A stretch of DNA of 64,000 nt, taken from sequence record MK327937.1. One strand, written 5' to 3'. The stretch is from Escherichia phage vB_EcoM_G10400. The notes under the pieces were generated by a model. It was given only the letters and a program-made list of their open reading frames with translations, was not told the DNA's origin and did not search any database. Position numbers and translations under genes: made by a program. Shown in pieces: positions 1 to 10,907 of this stretch (the stretch's first letter is position 1; each line of letters begins with the position of its first letter).

Positions 1-2178
1 TTAAGCCGCAAGGGCCTTCATAGTTTTAGCGATTTGGGAAACTTCATCATCACTTAAAGAGTTGCGATAACCGATGAAGTCGGAAACAATACGGAATTTC
101 TTAGTAAACTCAGTAACCATTTTATCACTGTTTTTTGAAGCATTGTTTGATAATACATCAAAAAGATTAGTTACTGTCCAGATGTCATGACCGATGGTAT
201 CTTTTCCACCGTTGAAATATACACCCTGTAATGAACTAACCATATTAGCGAGTCGTGTATATTCTTCGGAAACTTCATCTACACTGAAGTACTTCATCAT
301 AAAATCTAACTCAGGATACTTGATAATTTTATCAATATATCGTTTAGCTGAACTTGAATAACCTACATACTTATCATAATCTACATCATCAAAAGCATCT
401 ACATATAAATCACGTAGAGTTTCAAAAATACATTGGCACTGACCAAGTTCTTTTACCTTTTTCTGCAAAAGTGGACGAATAACATAAAATTCATTAATGC
501 CAATAAGATTAGCCATACGAGTCAAAATACTCGTAGATGGATGACAAAGCGATGTAGTACCATCCATAGAGAAAATATCAGAACGATGCATATACGCTAC
601 ATAACCAGTAATTTCATCTGCTTCTGATGTGAGTGTAAACAGTTCCTCTTTTTCCCAGCGTCCGTCTTTAATTTCAAACTTAAATGCAGTAGCAGCTTTA
701 GGACGAGGAGCTTTACTTTTAACTACCTTCGGAATATAACTTTTAACTAAAGCTTCAATTTCTGACAAATAATGAATGTTAACTTCATCACTTTCAAACA
801 TTGCCATAATATCAGGGAGTAAATCAATCTGTGATTCTACTTCCGGATTAATAAACAGAAGACGCTCATTATGATGAATATTTAAAGTGTTGTTAAATTC
901 TTTATCATCTAACGCATGCGCCAATCCACGGACAATATTAACACGATTTTTAATATTATCAATAACGATATTGATTTTTGTTGTATTAATACCAAACAGA
1001 CGATAACTTGATGCAACGGCCGAAGTTTCATGGCTTTGCTTAATGCGTTTCAGTCGAGGGTCAATATTTACTTCATACACAACTCCTGCATTGCATAACT
1101 TACTGTCAGGTTCAAACATGCTCTGCATCTTTTTATATGACAGATTTTTAGTCGTGAATTTGACTGAATTACTAATCATATAATCTCGAGCAGAATACCC
1201 CATCTTCATCAATTCACGATATGTGTGACGAGGAGATGTAGATTCTTTAAATCGTTTTACATCTTCATTGAATGCCTTCTCACTAAGCTCTTTAACACGC
1301 TCAATAATATTTTTACGAGTACGATCATCTAGTGAAAGAGCTTCGCGTGATGGAGCAATATCAAGTGAACCCATTGGAAACTTAATGTAATTCACTTCAT
1401 TGCGGATGCTTAACCAGTTACGGTCTCTAATAACACCATCGATAGGATAAACAATACCACCATAGATAGCATACAATCCACCACGATCTGGCCAGTATCT
1501 TTCTGGATTTACGCCGTAATAGTCATCAAAATCCGGAAAATAATCAATTTCGCGGTCAAGACCATTAATGATAGCCAAATCTTTGAATGGTCGCATGATA
1601 TAAGAAACTTCATAAGCAAAGTTTCTAAAGTCTTTTTCTTCAACTGGAACTACGATTTCAATACCAGTTTTATCGTCTGGACCCATTTCTTTTACGAATG
1701 TAGGTTTAATCTGCGGACCGTCACCATCCATATAAGCTACATAACCGCGAATTTCACCTTTATGGTACGAAGTAATACTAAACGTATCAGTATAACTAAA
1801 CGGAGATTTAGAACCTAAACCAAATCCACCAATGAAATCGTTAGATTCAGCCTTAGATGAACTGAAGTATGAATTATACAACCCAGGAGAATTATCATCA
1901 CCTTGAATATCAAAATCGCTCATACCTGGACCAAAATCTCGACAAACAAATCGCGGATCTAATCGTCCTGGAACTTGAATGATAAATTTTTCAGGATTTC
2001 CATTGAGAGCATGGGCATCAATCATGTTGGTAATCAATTCACGAACTACTGCGCGAATCTTGTTTGTATACAAATCAGATGACAGAATTTTGAATACTTT
2101 AGGAGATGCTGTGATGCTAAATGCTTTTGATTTAGAACCATTACCAAGAATTGTTTCTTTTTCAGTGGTGATAATCAT
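1..2178 (-). CDS. rIIA: rIIA protein (membrane-associated rapid-lysis/Rex-exclusion protein)
   Basis: 725 aa, ATG start at 2176-2178; N-terminus [20 protein letters not shown] and length match T4 rIIA as recalled; window begins at its TAA stop. Confidence 0.93.
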   Translation of the reverse strand: MIITTEKETILGNGSKSKAFSITASPKVFKILSSDLYTNKIRAVVRELITNMIDAHALNGNPEKFIIQVPGRLDPRFVCRDFGPGMSDFDIQGDDNSPGLYNSYFSSSKAESNDFIGGFGLGSKSPFSYTDTFSITSYHKGEIRGYVAYMDGDGPQIKPTFVKEMGPDDKTGIEIVVPVEEKDFRNFAYEVSYIMRPFKDLAIINGLDREIDYFPDFDDYYGVNPERYWPDRGGLYAIYGGIVYPIDGVIRDRNWLSIRNEVNYIKFPMGSLDIAPSREALSLDDRTRKNIIERVKELSEKAFNEDVKRFKESTSPRHTYRELMKMGYSARDYMISNSVKFTTKNLSYKKMQSMFEPDSKLCNAGVVYEVNIDPRLKRIKQSHETSAVASSYRLFGINTTKINIVIDNIKNRVNIVRGLAHALDDKEFNNTLNIHHNERLLFINPEVESQIDLLPDIMAMFESDEVNIHYLSEIEALVKSYIPKVVKSKAPRPKAATAFKFEIKDGRWEKEELFTLTSEADEITGYVAYMHRSDIFSMDGTTSLCHPSTSILTRMANLIGINEFYVIRPLLQKKVKELGQCQCIFETLRDLYVDAFDDVDYDKYVGYSSSAKRYIDKIIKYPELDFMMKYFSVDEVSEEYTRLANMVSSLQGVYFNGGKDTIGHDIWTVTNLFDVLSNNASKNSDKMVTEFTKKFRIVSDFIGYRNSLSDDEVSQIAKTMKALAA

Positions 2179-2188
2179 AATTTCCTCA

Positions 2189-2392
2189 TTAATTCATATT
2201 GCGTTTAATAACTTCAGCAACTTCTAGTAGTTCATCTTTAGTTGCAGTGTCGGATTGAATTTTATCTCTAATATCCTTAAAGCGGTTTTTAAACTCTTCG
2301 GCTTCTCCCATATCGAAAAAGCGTTGAATGATTCTATATTCTCGATGAACTGCTTTATCAAAAAGTTCTAAATTTACTTTATATGATTTCAT
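2189..2392 (-). CDS. rIIA.1: hypothetical protein, rIIA.1-like
   Basis: 67 aa ORF immediately downstream of early promoter and upstream of rIIA; same size and position as T4 rIIA.1 (recalled). Confidence 0.65.
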   Translation of the reverse strand: MKSYKVNLELFDKAVHREYRIIQRFFDMGEAEEFKNRFKDIRDKIQSDTATKDELLEVAEVIKRNMN

Positions 2393-2417
2393 TTCAATAT
2401 CCTCATTTGCCCAATTA

Positions 2418-2447
2418 ATTATACCACATCCTTGTGGTAAAGTAAAC
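2418..2447 (-). promoter_or_regulatory. T4-type early promoter (GTTTAC -35, 18-bp spacer, TATAAT -10)
   Basis: minus strand gtttactttaccacaaggatgtggtataat upstream of rIIA.1. Confidence 0.6.
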
Positions 2448-4264
2448 TACTGGCTCATCCATTCTTTACGAAGGTCAGCATTATCTCCCATGAGCATTTC
2501 AAAAAGCTCTTTCCAATTCTCAGGAAGTTTAACAACATCATATACTGGGTTTTGAATCATCTCACGATATTCAGATTTTTCCAAAGAACCAAGTCCTTTA
2601 ATATAACGGATGTTATGTTTAGGTAGAGCATCTTTGGCACTCTCATATTCAGCGACTGTATAAAACCATTCTTGTTTTTTACCGACCTGAGCGATGATTA
2701 CGGGAGTTTTGACAAAGCGAATTCGTCCTTGCTCAAACAGTTCTGGCCAATTACTAAAAAATCCGAGCAGAGAAGGATAAATGCTTCCTAGACCATCATG
2801 GTCAGCATCAGTCATAATAGCAATATTATGATAATTCAAGTTTTCAGCTTTTTCACCAAGAACTAATCCAGTGATTGCGCAAATATCAAATAGTTCTCTG
2901 TTTTTAAGCATATCTGCATAAGACATACCCCAGCTATTAAGAACTTTACCGCGCAATGGATAACCACCATGAAGTTCTTTATCACGAACATCAATAAGAT
3001 ATCCGATAGCCGAATCACCCTCAGTTAAGAATAATGTAGTATCAGCATCTTTACCGCAAAGATTCGCTTTGATATGTTTATGAACCTTAGCTTTAGAAGC
3101 CTTTTTAGCCGCTTTAGTTTCTGCTGCTTTTTCTGCCGCCAATTTACGAGCTAGTGCAGCTTCAATAATTGGCATCAGAATTGCTTCATTATTTAGAATA
3201 GCACGTGAAATCTTTTTAGCATCAAGTTGAATATGACTACGAATTTCGCCAAATGGAGAAGTCAAACGCTCTTTAGTTTGAGAATCAAATCGCATGTTTT
3301 TCATATCACGAACAAACATAACGATAGTCAAACATTCTTTGACACGCGCTTTAGTTACATCAATTTTGAACTTACGTTTGATTTGTGGAATAAGGTCTTC
3401 ACAAATATCATCCATAACACAGTCAATGTGATGGCCACCATTCTTAGTATGAATGTTATTGACGTATGTTAATTGACGAAAACCATCCGGTGAACGACCA
3501 ACCGCAATAGAACAATTTTCTTGTTCTTGAACAATAGCATGCTCATCATATTGGCGTGCATATTTCTTAAAATTGCCTTGAACCTTTTTACCATTAAAGG
3601 TAAATTGAATATCAGGATAAACTACTGCAAGTGTCTGGAGACGATCTAGTGTAATGTCAAGATAAACTTGGGACAGCTCATTAGTTTCAAATGACATAAA
3701 ATCTGGAATGAAAGTAACACGGGTTCCTTTCCATTTTCCAGGAATATCTTCCCATGATTTATTTTCCATGCCGTTTGAACAACGAACTACAATATTATTT
3801 TGACCATCACCAGTTTCACCGACAAACATCACAGAAAAAATGTTTGTCAAACTAGAACCAACACCATTCATACCGCCAGTGACGCGCTCTTTATCATCAC
3901 CGAAGTTACCACCTGCTTTTGGAATAGTCCATGCAGCAACAGGACCAGGAATTTCTTCACCGGTAGGTGTTTTAACCATTGCTTGTGGAATACCACGACC
4001 GTTATCTTCAACTGTTACTTGATTGTTTTTAATAGTAACATTAATTTTATTTGCGAATTTAAACTTAGTACGAATACCTTCATCTACTGAGTTATCGATA
4101 ATTTCATCAATAAGCTTAACAAGACCAGGTACATACTGAACACTTTCCCATTTACCAAACAGAAAGCGCTCATGCATTTCATTAGCAGAAGAGCCAATGT
4201 ACATGCCGCTACGCTTTTTGATATGTTCAATATCGCTCAGAATTTTAATTTCATTCTTAATCAT
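2447..4264 (-). CDS. 39: DNA topoisomerase II large subunit, fused gp39+gp60 form (GHKL ATPase + Toprim)
   Basis: 605 aa from ATG at 4264 (track start 4267 is GTG); ATPase motifs NGRGIP, GGMNGVG and Toprim LFLTEGDSA, MTDADHDG in one uninterrupted frame. Confidence 0.9.
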   Translation of the reverse strand: MIKNEIKILSDIEHIKKRSGMYIGSSANEMHERFLFGKWESVQYVPGLVKLIDEIIDNSVDEGIRTKFKFANKINVTIKNNQVTVEDNGRGIPQAMVKTPTGEEIPGPVAAWTIPKAGGNFGDDKERVTGGMNGVGSSLTNIFSVMFVGETGDGQNNIVVRCSNGMENKSWEDIPGKWKGTRVTFIPDFMSFETNELSQVYLDITLDRLQTLAVVYPDIQFTFNGKKVQGNFKKYARQYDEHAIVQEQENCSIAVGRSPDGFRQLTYVNNIHTKNGGHHIDCVMDDICEDLIPQIKRKFKIDVTKARVKECLTIVMFVRDMKNMRFDSQTKERLTSPFGEIRSHIQLDAKKISRAILNNEAILMPIIEAALARKLAAEKAAETKAAKKASKAKVHKHIKANLCGKDADTTLFLTEGDSAIGYLIDVRDKELHGGYPLRGKVLNSWGMSYADMLKNRELFDICAITGLVLGEKAENLNYHNIAIMTDADHDGLGSIYPSLLGFFSNWPELFEQGRIRFVKTPVIIAQVGKKQEWFYTVAEYESAKDALPKHNIRYIKGLGSLEKSEYREMIQNPVYDVVKLPENWKELFEMLMGDNADLRKEWMSQ

Positions 4265-4313
4265 CACTTATCCTCGTTTGGTTTCGGGAATATTATACTC
4301 CAATAATCATAAA

Positions 4314-4336
4314 GCTAAAGGCCCGAAGGCCTTTTA
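4314..4336 (-). terminator. intrinsic terminator, C(UUCG)G tetraloop hairpin
   Basis: aaaggcccgaaggccttt immediately after lipoprotein gene stop. Confidence 0.5.
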
Positions 4337-4594
4337 TTTAAAACGAATAGTTGAATCCTTAAAGAACAGCCCAGAACACACGGTTCCTTCTACTTTCTGC
4401 CCAGTAGGTCCAATAGCACGAAATCCAGTATGTTGGAAATCATTTTCAGAACAACCAAACCAATTATATCCAGTGATTTCAATATTAGTAAAACCACTTG
4501 AAGACAAAACTTTAGTTGCATTATCAGCATCAGTACATCCTACTAAAGACACTGCTAATACTAATGCTGCAATAGAACGATTAATATATTTCAT
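4334..4594 (-). CDS. putative lipoprotein
   Basis: 86 aa from ATG 4594 (track start 4606 is TTG); signal peptide with lipobox LVGC; followed by tetraloop terminator. Confidence 0.6.
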   Translation of the reverse strand: MKYINRSIAALVLAVSLVGCTDADNATKVLSSSGFTNIEITGYNWFGCSENDFQHTGFRAIGPTGQKVEGTVCSGLFFKDSTIRFK

Positions 4595-4598
4595 AATT

Positions 4599-4970
4599 TC
4601 ACTCAAATTTAATGGCTTGAAGAAGACTAATAATTCTCAAGCGACTTCTTTCATCTTTAACTGTAAAAGAAAGAGGGTCACCAGATTTCATAGTAATAGT
4701 ACATTCAAAATCAAAATCTTCGGAAACTTCTTTGAAGAAGTCAAATTCTTCATCATAAATTAGAACATTACTCTGACAACTATGAAGAATTTTTCCATCA
4801 TTTCCAGATGCTGTACTAATCATTGTAACATTATGACCTTTCATATCTTCAACGATAAATTCACTAGTCAATATTACAGCATTAATAGAACTATTCCTAT
4901 TGCTAGCAGAAAGTAGATATTTCTGTTCTTCACCTTCACGAATGCGATATTTCTTACCGATTTTAAACAT
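4599..4970 (-). CDS. hypothetical protein
   Basis: 123 aa ORF, ATG start, translationally coupled to neighbours. Confidence 0.55.
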   Translation of the reverse strand: MFKIGKKYRIREGEEQKYLLSASNRNSSINAVILTSEFIVEDMKGHNVTMISTASGNDGKILHSCQSNVLIYDEEFDFFKEVSEDFDFECTITMKSGDPLSFTVKDERSRLRIISLLQAIKFE

Positions 4971-4972
4971 AA

Positions 4973-5149
4973 TTACCCTTTAAGTAAGTCGTAAAAACCA
5001 CCATTCACATGCTTAGGAGCAGAAGGCCGACGAGTAGACAGACGATGACATTTAGGGCAAACATCATTTTCTCGTTCAGAAATCTTTTTAATTTTTTCAT
5101 ATTCATGCCCGCAATCTTCGGATTGGCATTTATAATCATACATTGGCAT
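4973..5149 (-). CDS. small zinc-ribbon protein (CxxC...CxxC)
   Basis: 58 aa ORF hand-translated (MPMYDYKCQSEDCGHEYEK...VCPKCHRLS...); AAGGAA RBS 6 nt upstream; not in 60-aa ORF track. Confidence 0.5.
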   Translation of the reverse strand: MPMYDYKCQSEDCGHEYEKIKKISERENDVCPKCHRLSTRRPSAPKHVNGGFYDLLKG

Positions 5150-5151
5150 AA

Positions 5152-5571
5152 TTATTCCTTAAAGTGTGCTTTCAACATCTGGTACAAGGACCATGCCTGT
5201 TCATTATTTTCAATAGTAACTTTCATGACAGGAAATTCTGTGAAATCTTCTATTTGTTCTTGCTCTTCCTGCTCTTGTTCTTCAGCAGCCTGATATGGAT
5301 TTTTCACTTCATCAAAGAATTCAGCTTCGCTAGTAGAAAGCCAAATAAAATCTTCATCCAAAATATCTTTACCGGAGGATAATGCCAATCTTCCAGTAGA
5401 TGTCACAATTTTAGTAGGACGACCAAGATAGTCAATATCTATAACTTTAAAAGGTTCCATACCTAAACGTCGTGCATAAATTCCGTTTTCAGTATGGTCT
5501 TTAATAAAAGCTTCTTGAGCTTGTTTATTTTTAAATTGATACCATTTATTGACTTCAAATTTAATAGCCAT
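5152..5571 (-). CDS. hypothetical acidic protein
   Basis: 139 aa, [10 protein letters not shown] low-complexity acidic tract. Confidence 0.55.
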   Translation of the reverse strand: MAIKFEVNKWYQFKNKQAQEAFIKDHTENGIYARRLGMEPFKVIDIDYLGRPTKIVTSTGRLALSSGKDILDEDFIWLSTSEAEFFDEVKNPYQAAEEQEQEEQEQIEDFTEFPVMKVTIENNEQAWSLYQMLKAHFKE

Positions 5572-5786
5572 TAATAAATTTCCTTCCAGTAAGTTGTACC
5601 GTCTTCAGTGATTTCACGGAATACACCATAAATCGGTTGTTTATCACCAACCTTTTCATACACATAAACCGAAGTCAAGTGAGTAAACTTAACGGTGTGT
5701 TCCTTTTGAACTACTACCAAATCTGGATCGAATAATACATCTTCAAATTCGTCATTAGTGCAATTCTGAACAATTTTACGTTTCAT
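5571..5786 (-). CDS. hypothetical protein
   Basis: 71 aa ORF, ATGA-type coupling. Confidence 0.5.
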   Translation of the reverse strand: MKRKIVQNCTNDEFEDVLFDPDLVVVQKEHTVKFTHLTSVYVYEKVGDKQPIYGVFREITEDGTTYWKEIY

Positions 5787-5799
5787 TACAATTTCCTCA

Positions 5800-6081
5800 T
5801 TAATTGAACAGTGGAGCGATGCGTTTCAGAAGAGTAGCAGCACCTTTGGCAAATTTTACATCATGAAAAACAGTTTCTTCTTCCGTTACAACACGAGCTT
5901 TAATGTTTTCACAATCCCAATTTTTGCGAACAATCTTCAAAAGCTGCAGTAAATCTTTACATTCAGCAATATCGATAACACATCCACGAGAATCTTCCAT
6001 TATCGCACGATAACCGTAAGCCATACCATAATCGTTGAAAGATTGCTCGATGATAATTAAGTTTTCCATTTTATTCTCCAA
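5800..6081 (-). CDS. hypothetical protein
   Basis: 93 aa ORF. Confidence 0.5.
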   Translation of the reverse strand: MENKMENLIIIEQSFNDYGMAYGYRAIMEDSRGCVIDIAECKDLLQLLKIVRKNWDCENIKARVVTEEETVFHDVKFAKGAATLLKRIAPLFN

Positions 6082-6166
6082 GTTGTTTTCTGTATCAGTA
6101 GTTGATATTGATATAGTACCATAATCAACTACTGATGTATATAGTTTTATGAAAAAATTTTAAACT

Positions 6167-6664
6167 TTATGCATAGCGGGCTTTACTATAGTGTTTAATC
6201 CAACTTTCAGGAATGACTTTGTATGTTCCTAAAAATACTGCGTTGTACAACTTAACGCCATCTTCTACCCACTGATCGGTAATGTATGCACACATAGCGC
6301 GAGTATGGTGTTTTTGAACAACCCCTTCCTCATCTTCAGTAAATTCGAATTCATAAGGAGCAACGAACTTAATAGCTTGACCGAGTTTCCACTTAAAGTC
6401 TACGCCTACATGCGAAGTATCAATCGTTTCAATTCCTTTAGCAGGAACAGCTTTTAAAAACGCAGACTCAAGAAATTTCGCACGAACATAGCCAAACTGG
6501 GGTTTAGACTTTCCATCTTTAGGAATGATACGCACTTTTACTTCAGAATCTTCATCTTTAACACCGTGTTTAAGCTGAATGCTTACAATTTCAACCAATT
6601 TTCCTGCTGCTTTAGAACGAGATTTATCAGATACACGAGCAATTTCACCAATATTAATAATCAT
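6167..6664 (-). CDS. hypothetical protein, paralog of 6741..7283 (possibly MotB-like)
   Basis: 165 aa; C-terminal motif ITDQWVEDGVKLYNAVF shared with next ORF; size/position resemble T4 motB but sequence not verified. Confidence 0.55.
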   Translation of the reverse strand: MIINIGEIARVSDKSRSKAAGKLVEIVSIQLKHGVKDEDSEVKVRIIPKDGKSKPQFGYVRAKFLESAFLKAVPAKGIETIDTSHVGVDFKWKLGQAIKFVAPYEFEFTEDEEGVVQKHHTRAMCAYITDQWVEDGVKLYNAVFLGTYKVIPESWIKHYSKARYA

Positions 6665-6708
6665 AGTTATCTCTCACTTGTTAAAAAGATTTTATACTCC
6701 ACGGGACC

Positions 6709-6738
6709 ATTATACTCTGGTCCCAAGAGTTTGTAAAC
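6709..6738 (-). promoter_or_regulatory. early promoter
   Basis: minus strand gtttacaaactcttgggaccagagtataat. Confidence 0.55.
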
Positions 6739-6740
6739 TA

Positions 6741-7283
6741 TTAATTCAAAATAGCTACCACCGCACTACGGGGTACTACACTAAAATCACCTGCATGAAC
6801 AACGTTCAGAAGTTCAACACCATCTTCAATCCATTGGTCTGTTACCCAACCACAGACCGAAATAAATGGGGTCTTAATAGCTACTGCACGAGTCAAAAGG
6901 TCAGTAGGATCGCATTCTTGGAAGAGGATAAGCTCTGCTTCAAAGACTATAGTTTTAATTACTTCATCATTATCTAAGCGTTGTGCTCGAATCACATAAG
7001 CTTTATTCTTATCATGCCAATTACTTTTTGAAAAACTTTTAACCACAAACTCGCCTTCACCAAAAACACTGGTCAATGCTTTATAACCCAAATCTAGTTC
7101 AGTAGTTTTAATTTCAGTTTCAACCAGTTTGTAGGTTTTGCCAATTTCGATGGGCCGAGCAGTCATAAAGGTTTCCTTAATTTCTAATGGTTTAACGAGA
7201 GTGCCGTACATGCTTGCTATATCCATATCAAATATTTTATCTATAGGATTTGGGGTGTATTCAGGATTATAATTAAATTTCAT
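6741..7283 (-). CDS. hypothetical protein, paralog of 6167..6664
   Basis: 180 aa; C-terminal VTDQWIEDGVELLNVVHAG motif. Confidence 0.55.
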   Translation of the reverse strand: MKFNYNPEYTPNPIDKIFDMDIASMYGTLVKPLEIKETFMTARPIEIGKTYKLVETEIKTTELDLGYKALTSVFGEGEFVVKSFSKSNWHDKNKAYVIRAQRLDNDEVIKTIVFEAELILFQECDPTDLLTRAVAIKTPFISVCGWVTDQWIEDGVELLNVVHAGDFSVVPRSAVVAILN

Positions 7284-7285
7284 AA

Positions 7286-7798
7286 TTATCTCATTTCAAT
7301 AAAATCTACAAGTTCAGCATGGGATTTACGGAACATTACTTGGTGTCCGCCAATGATAACTTCATCTTCAGGAACTTCATAAATCGCAATGTACATTCCA
7401 CGATCTTTTAAGTCTTCACGCTCTTCTCGGGTGAACCATCTCATCATATCATATTCACTAGCGAAAGCAAAATGATATAATGAAATAAGCCACAATGGAA
7501 TATAATTTTCAAATTGTGAATAATCTTTATCCCATTTAGTTTTAATAGCATCATTAGCATTTTCAACTAATAACTTATCATCGTGTGGAATAGGAATACT
7601 TTCATGGCTTTCATAATCATTGCTATGATGATGAAATGACGATGAATTAATACCGCAAAATTTTAGCCAAGTTCGAGTTTTCATAGAATCAAATCCACGA
7701 TAAGGAGTTGATTGAACGCATAACTCTTGCCTAATTTTCACTATACCACTATCATCATTTAATGCGCTAAACGATGATTCAACACGATAAATTTTCAT
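7286..7798 (-). CDS. hypothetical protein
   Basis: 170 aa from ATG 7798 with GAGGA RBS (track start 7837 is TTG and lies upstream of the promoter). Confidence 0.55.
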   Translation of the reverse strand: MKIYRVESSFSALNDDSGIVKIRQELCVQSTPYRGFDSMKTRTWLKFCGINSSSFHHHSNDYESHESIPIPHDDKLLVENANDAIKTKWDKDYSQFENYIPLWLISLYHFAFASEYDMMRWFTREEREDLKDRGMYIAIYEVPEDEVIIGGHQVMFRKSHAELVDFIEMR

Positions 7799-7823
7799 TT
7801 TATTATCCTCAGTAGCTATGGTG

Positions 7824-7855
7824 TTATAATACCACAACTAACCGAGGAAGTAAAC
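7824..7855 (-). promoter_or_regulatory. early promoter
   Basis: minus strand gtttacttcctcggttagttgtggtattat. Confidence 0.5.
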
Positions 7856-7861
7856 AACTTT

Positions 7862-8545
7862 TTATCGTTTTGTTGGAAGAGAAAGAGGATCGCATTCTTC
7901 TACTGATGGGGCATCTTCAAGACCCATAGCATACCGCAAAGCATACTTCATCATCAGGATGTCTTTCGCACAGTCATGAATAGAATCATGTGCAACGAAC
8001 CCGTCTAAAGTTCCCTTTGGAAGAGGACATGTGGTCATATCACGAACAAGCAGAAGTGCTTCAATTCTAGTACGAATATCACGTTGATTCCAGAATTTAC
8101 AAGGTTCTAACTTAAATGTGTCAAGCTCATTCTCGGAAATGCCATTAAGACGTTGAATATCGCGAATGAGATCGACTAAAATTGGAAAATCAAACGACAT
8201 TCCACGGCACCAGCCTTGAGATTTCCAAGGATCGATGTTATGTGCATTGATGTAATCATTAAATTTTGCAATACCATCGATAGTGCTTACATCTTCATCT
8301 GATGGCGCAATATTTTTTCGAGCTTCAGGAGACTGATTTTTCCACCATTCAATAGTGCTTTTAGTAAAAAGACGATGTCCTTTTTGGCTTTTTAAATCAA
8401 ACTTGATTTTAATGCCGCGTGAAACTAATTCATCAAATGTTTCAACTACTTCTGGATTAGGGTCAAAGGCAATAACAGCCAAATCAATAACAGCTGCCTT
8501 TTCACCGTTTCCCATTGTTTCAAAATCTATAATAAAATCAAACAT
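7862..8545 (-). CDS. dexA: exonuclease A (DnaQ-like 3'-5' exonuclease)
   Basis: 227 aa; N-terminal FIIDFETMG exonuclease motif; length and position match T4 DexA. Confidence 0.85.
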   Translation of the reverse strand: MFDFIIDFETMGNGEKAAVIDLAVIAFDPNPEVVETFDELVSRGIKIKFDLKSQKGHRLFTKSTIEWWKNQSPEARKNIAPSDEDVSTIDGIAKFNDYINAHNIDPWKSQGWCRGMSFDFPILVDLIRDIQRLNGISENELDTFKLEPCKFWNQRDIRTRIEALLLVRDMTTCPLPKGTLDGFVAHDSIHDCAKDILMMKYALRYAMGLEDAPSVEECDPLSLPTKR

Positions 8546-8787
8546 TAAATTTTCCTCGCTAAATCGCGAATTTGACCTACAGTATAATCTTGGATATAAA
8601 CTTTATTAATGGGCTCATCAATAAATTTTGCCATAGATTCAATATCTTTTTGTATCTCTTCAAGACTGTATACTATCTTTAAAGCTTTTTCGCGAATAGT
8701 AACATTATCAGGTCCTGGATTTTCTTGAATGACAGCTTTAACGTTTGTCATAAGAGATTTAAATTGGTACCAACTTAATTCAATCAT
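8545..8787 (-). CDS. hypothetical protein
   Basis: ORF 8545..8820; probable ATG start 8787 giving 8-nt overlap with upstream gene. Confidence 0.45.
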   Translation of the reverse strand: MIELSWYQFKSLMTNVKAVIQENPGPDNVTIREKALKIVYSLEEIQKDIESMAKFIDEPINKVYIQDYTVGQIRDLARKI

Positions 8788-9040
8788 TAATAACCGCCTT
8801 ATAAAGATGGCTAATTTCACCTAAAACATAATCACTGATTGTAACAGTTTTCACTTCACCGCAAAAGAATTCTAACGCAATCAAATCTCGTTCAATTTCT
8901 TCCAATTGAAGCATTAACTTGCCTGATTCAATTTTCACGTTTTTGCGATTTTTACTATAAGCTATTTCATAAATTTCGCTCACTTTATCTTGAAGCAGAT
9001 AAAACTGGTCTTTAGTTATTTCCACGAATAGCTTCCTCAA
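8780..9040 (-). CDS. hypothetical protein
   Basis: 86 aa ORF. Confidence 0.45.
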   Translation of the reverse strand: MRKLFVEITKDQFYLLQDKVSEIYEIAYSKNRKNVKIESGKLMLQLEEIERDLIALEFFCGEVKTVTISDYVLGEISHLYKAVIND

Positions 9041-9272
9041 ATTTAATCAGCAGCTTACAGACACTTTCATCTAGCGTAATTACCGTATCTATATTACTGT
9101 GATATGATTGTTTTTCAATTCGTTTAATTGCTAGTATAGTATCACTTATAAGATTAAGCTTATAAAGGAGCTCAGCTCCTGTTACCATAACACTGAGGTT
9201 ATCTTGCTTATCAGTGTGCTTCTTTATACCATCTATTAGACGATTTAAATATTTTGAATTGATGTTAATCAT
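9012..9272 (-). CDS. hypothetical protein
   Basis: 86 aa ORF. Confidence 0.45.
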   Translation of the reverse strand: MININSKYLNRLIDGIKKHTDKQDNLSVMVTGAELLYKLNLISDTILAIKRIEKQSYHSNIDTVITLDESVCKLLIKFEEAIRGNN

Positions 9273-9278
9273 ATATCC

Positions 9279-10598
9279 TCACACATAAAACACATCATAA
9301 CGACCACGAGTGACACCAACATAAAGAAGCTGCTGAGCCAATTCAGCATCTGCATAATGAATACAAGGTGTATAGATGAAAGCACGGTCTACAGACATGC
9401 CCTGAGCTTTGTGGAATGTTGATGCAGGAAGTGCTTTCACTTTACTAAACTGTGATTTAGCATCCCAAAAATCACTCCATGGAGCTTTTCCACCTTTATT
9501 CCAATTTTTATAAGTTTCTGCCGTTTTACCTAAAAATAAGTTAAACTTATACAGCTCTTCATCAGATGAAATTATTTTAATCTTTTCACGATAATATTCA
9601 TCATCGCCGTAAGTTTCTACTGTTAAATCCCAATGACGAATTAGATATTCTCCAGGAACACCACGAGCTTTAACAAATGTTGATGTATACTCTGCTTCTA
9701 TAATACGAACTAATTGTCCATTATTAAAAATAATTTCTGACACAGGCTTTCCATCAATTTTATATGTTTTAATTAATGGTTCCTGCATTACGATAATTTC
9801 ACCAACGATAAAATCTTTATCAGTTTCAAAAATCTTTTTGCGAATAATGCTATTTAACTTATCAACAGATTTATTCGTAAATGCCATTACGCGATTTTCA
9901 AACAAATCATCTAATGATTTTACGATTGAAAAATAATTTACCATAAAATCGCGTAAAGCGGTATCACCCGTAAATCCACGTACTCCATGCCCGTCAACAA
10001 CTTTATCATAAATCCACTTACCGTTGCGAACATCAGTAGCTACATCAATAATAGGAGCATTACTGCGTTTAACTTCAGTAAGTTCACACTGATAAAAATC
10101 TTTGTGTGTAAAGAATGGACTGATATAAGCAGTATTTTCTCCTGGGTCAACAGGTCTAATTTGCTTATTATCACCTATTCCAATTATAGTACACCAAGGT
10201 GGAATAGTTGAAAGCAGAATTTTAAATAGCTTTCTATCATACATTGACACTTCGTCGCAGATTAATACCCTGCATTTAGCTAAATCTGGTACTTCCTTCT
10301 GTTCAAAAAGAACGTTTTCTTCATATGTTACTGGGTTAATTTTAAGAATACTGTGAATAGTACTCGCTTCTTTCCCCGACAGTTTTGAAAGAATCTTTTT
10401 AGCTGCATGTGTAGGAGCTGCCAAAATGATACCAGTTTCGCCCGTAGATATTAAAGCTTCAATGATGAACTTAGTAAGAGTAGTCTTACCAGTACCAGCA
10501 GGTCCATTAATAGTTACATGATGTTTCTTTTCTTTAATAGCCCTCATAACGATGTTAAAGGCATTTTTCTGACCTTCGGTCAAATCATCAAATGTCAT
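9279..10598 (-). CDS. dda: Dda DNA helicase (SF1B)
   Basis: 439 aa; Walker A GPAGTGKT; near-identical to T4 Dda sequence as recalled. Confidence 0.95.
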   Translation of the reverse strand: MTFDDLTEGQKNAFNIVMRAIKEKKHHVTINGPAGTGKTTLTKFIIEALISTGETGIILAAPTHAAKKILSKLSGKEASTIHSILKINPVTYEENVLFEQKEVPDLAKCRVLICDEVSMYDRKLFKILLSTIPPWCTIIGIGDNKQIRPVDPGENTAYISPFFTHKDFYQCELTEVKRSNAPIIDVATDVRNGKWIYDKVVDGHGVRGFTGDTALRDFMVNYFSIVKSLDDLFENRVMAFTNKSVDKLNSIIRKKIFETDKDFIVGEIIVMQEPLIKTYKIDGKPVSEIIFNNGQLVRIIEAEYTSTFVKARGVPGEYLIRHWDLTVETYGDDEYYREKIKIISSDEELYKFNLFLGKTAETYKNWNKGGKAPWSDFWDAKSQFSKVKALPASTFHKAQGMSVDRAFIYTPCIHYADAELAQQLLYVGVTRGRYDVFYV

Positions 10599-10906
10599 CG
10601 TAAATTCCCTGCAATTGGTATACTAACAATACGCCCAGTATCTAAAATTCGCCGATATAATCTTTGTGTGTCTACATCAGGCTTAACGTGTTTAACTTCT
10701 ATTTTATTAAACCAAAACTTGCGTGGAGTTTCAACTAATCTTGGAATTCCCATACCTAAAGCTAGTCGATACTGCTCTTTAAGAGTGGTAAATACTCTAT
10801 CAGCAATTTCCCTTTCAAAAAATACAGCAGGACGATGTTCATCAAGAGGAACAGGCACCGCAAATCCATCTTTATCTCTATACACTATCGCATATACATA
10901 AACCAT
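10595..10906 (-). CDS. hypothetical protein
   Basis: 103 aa ORF, ATGA overlap with dda. Confidence 0.55.
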   Translation of the reverse strand: MVYVYAIVYRDKDGFAVPVPLDEHRPAVFFEREIADRVFTTLKEQYRLALGMGIPRLVETPRKFWFNKIEVKHVKPDVDTQRLYRRILDTGRIVSIPIAGNLR

Positions 10907-10907
10907 A

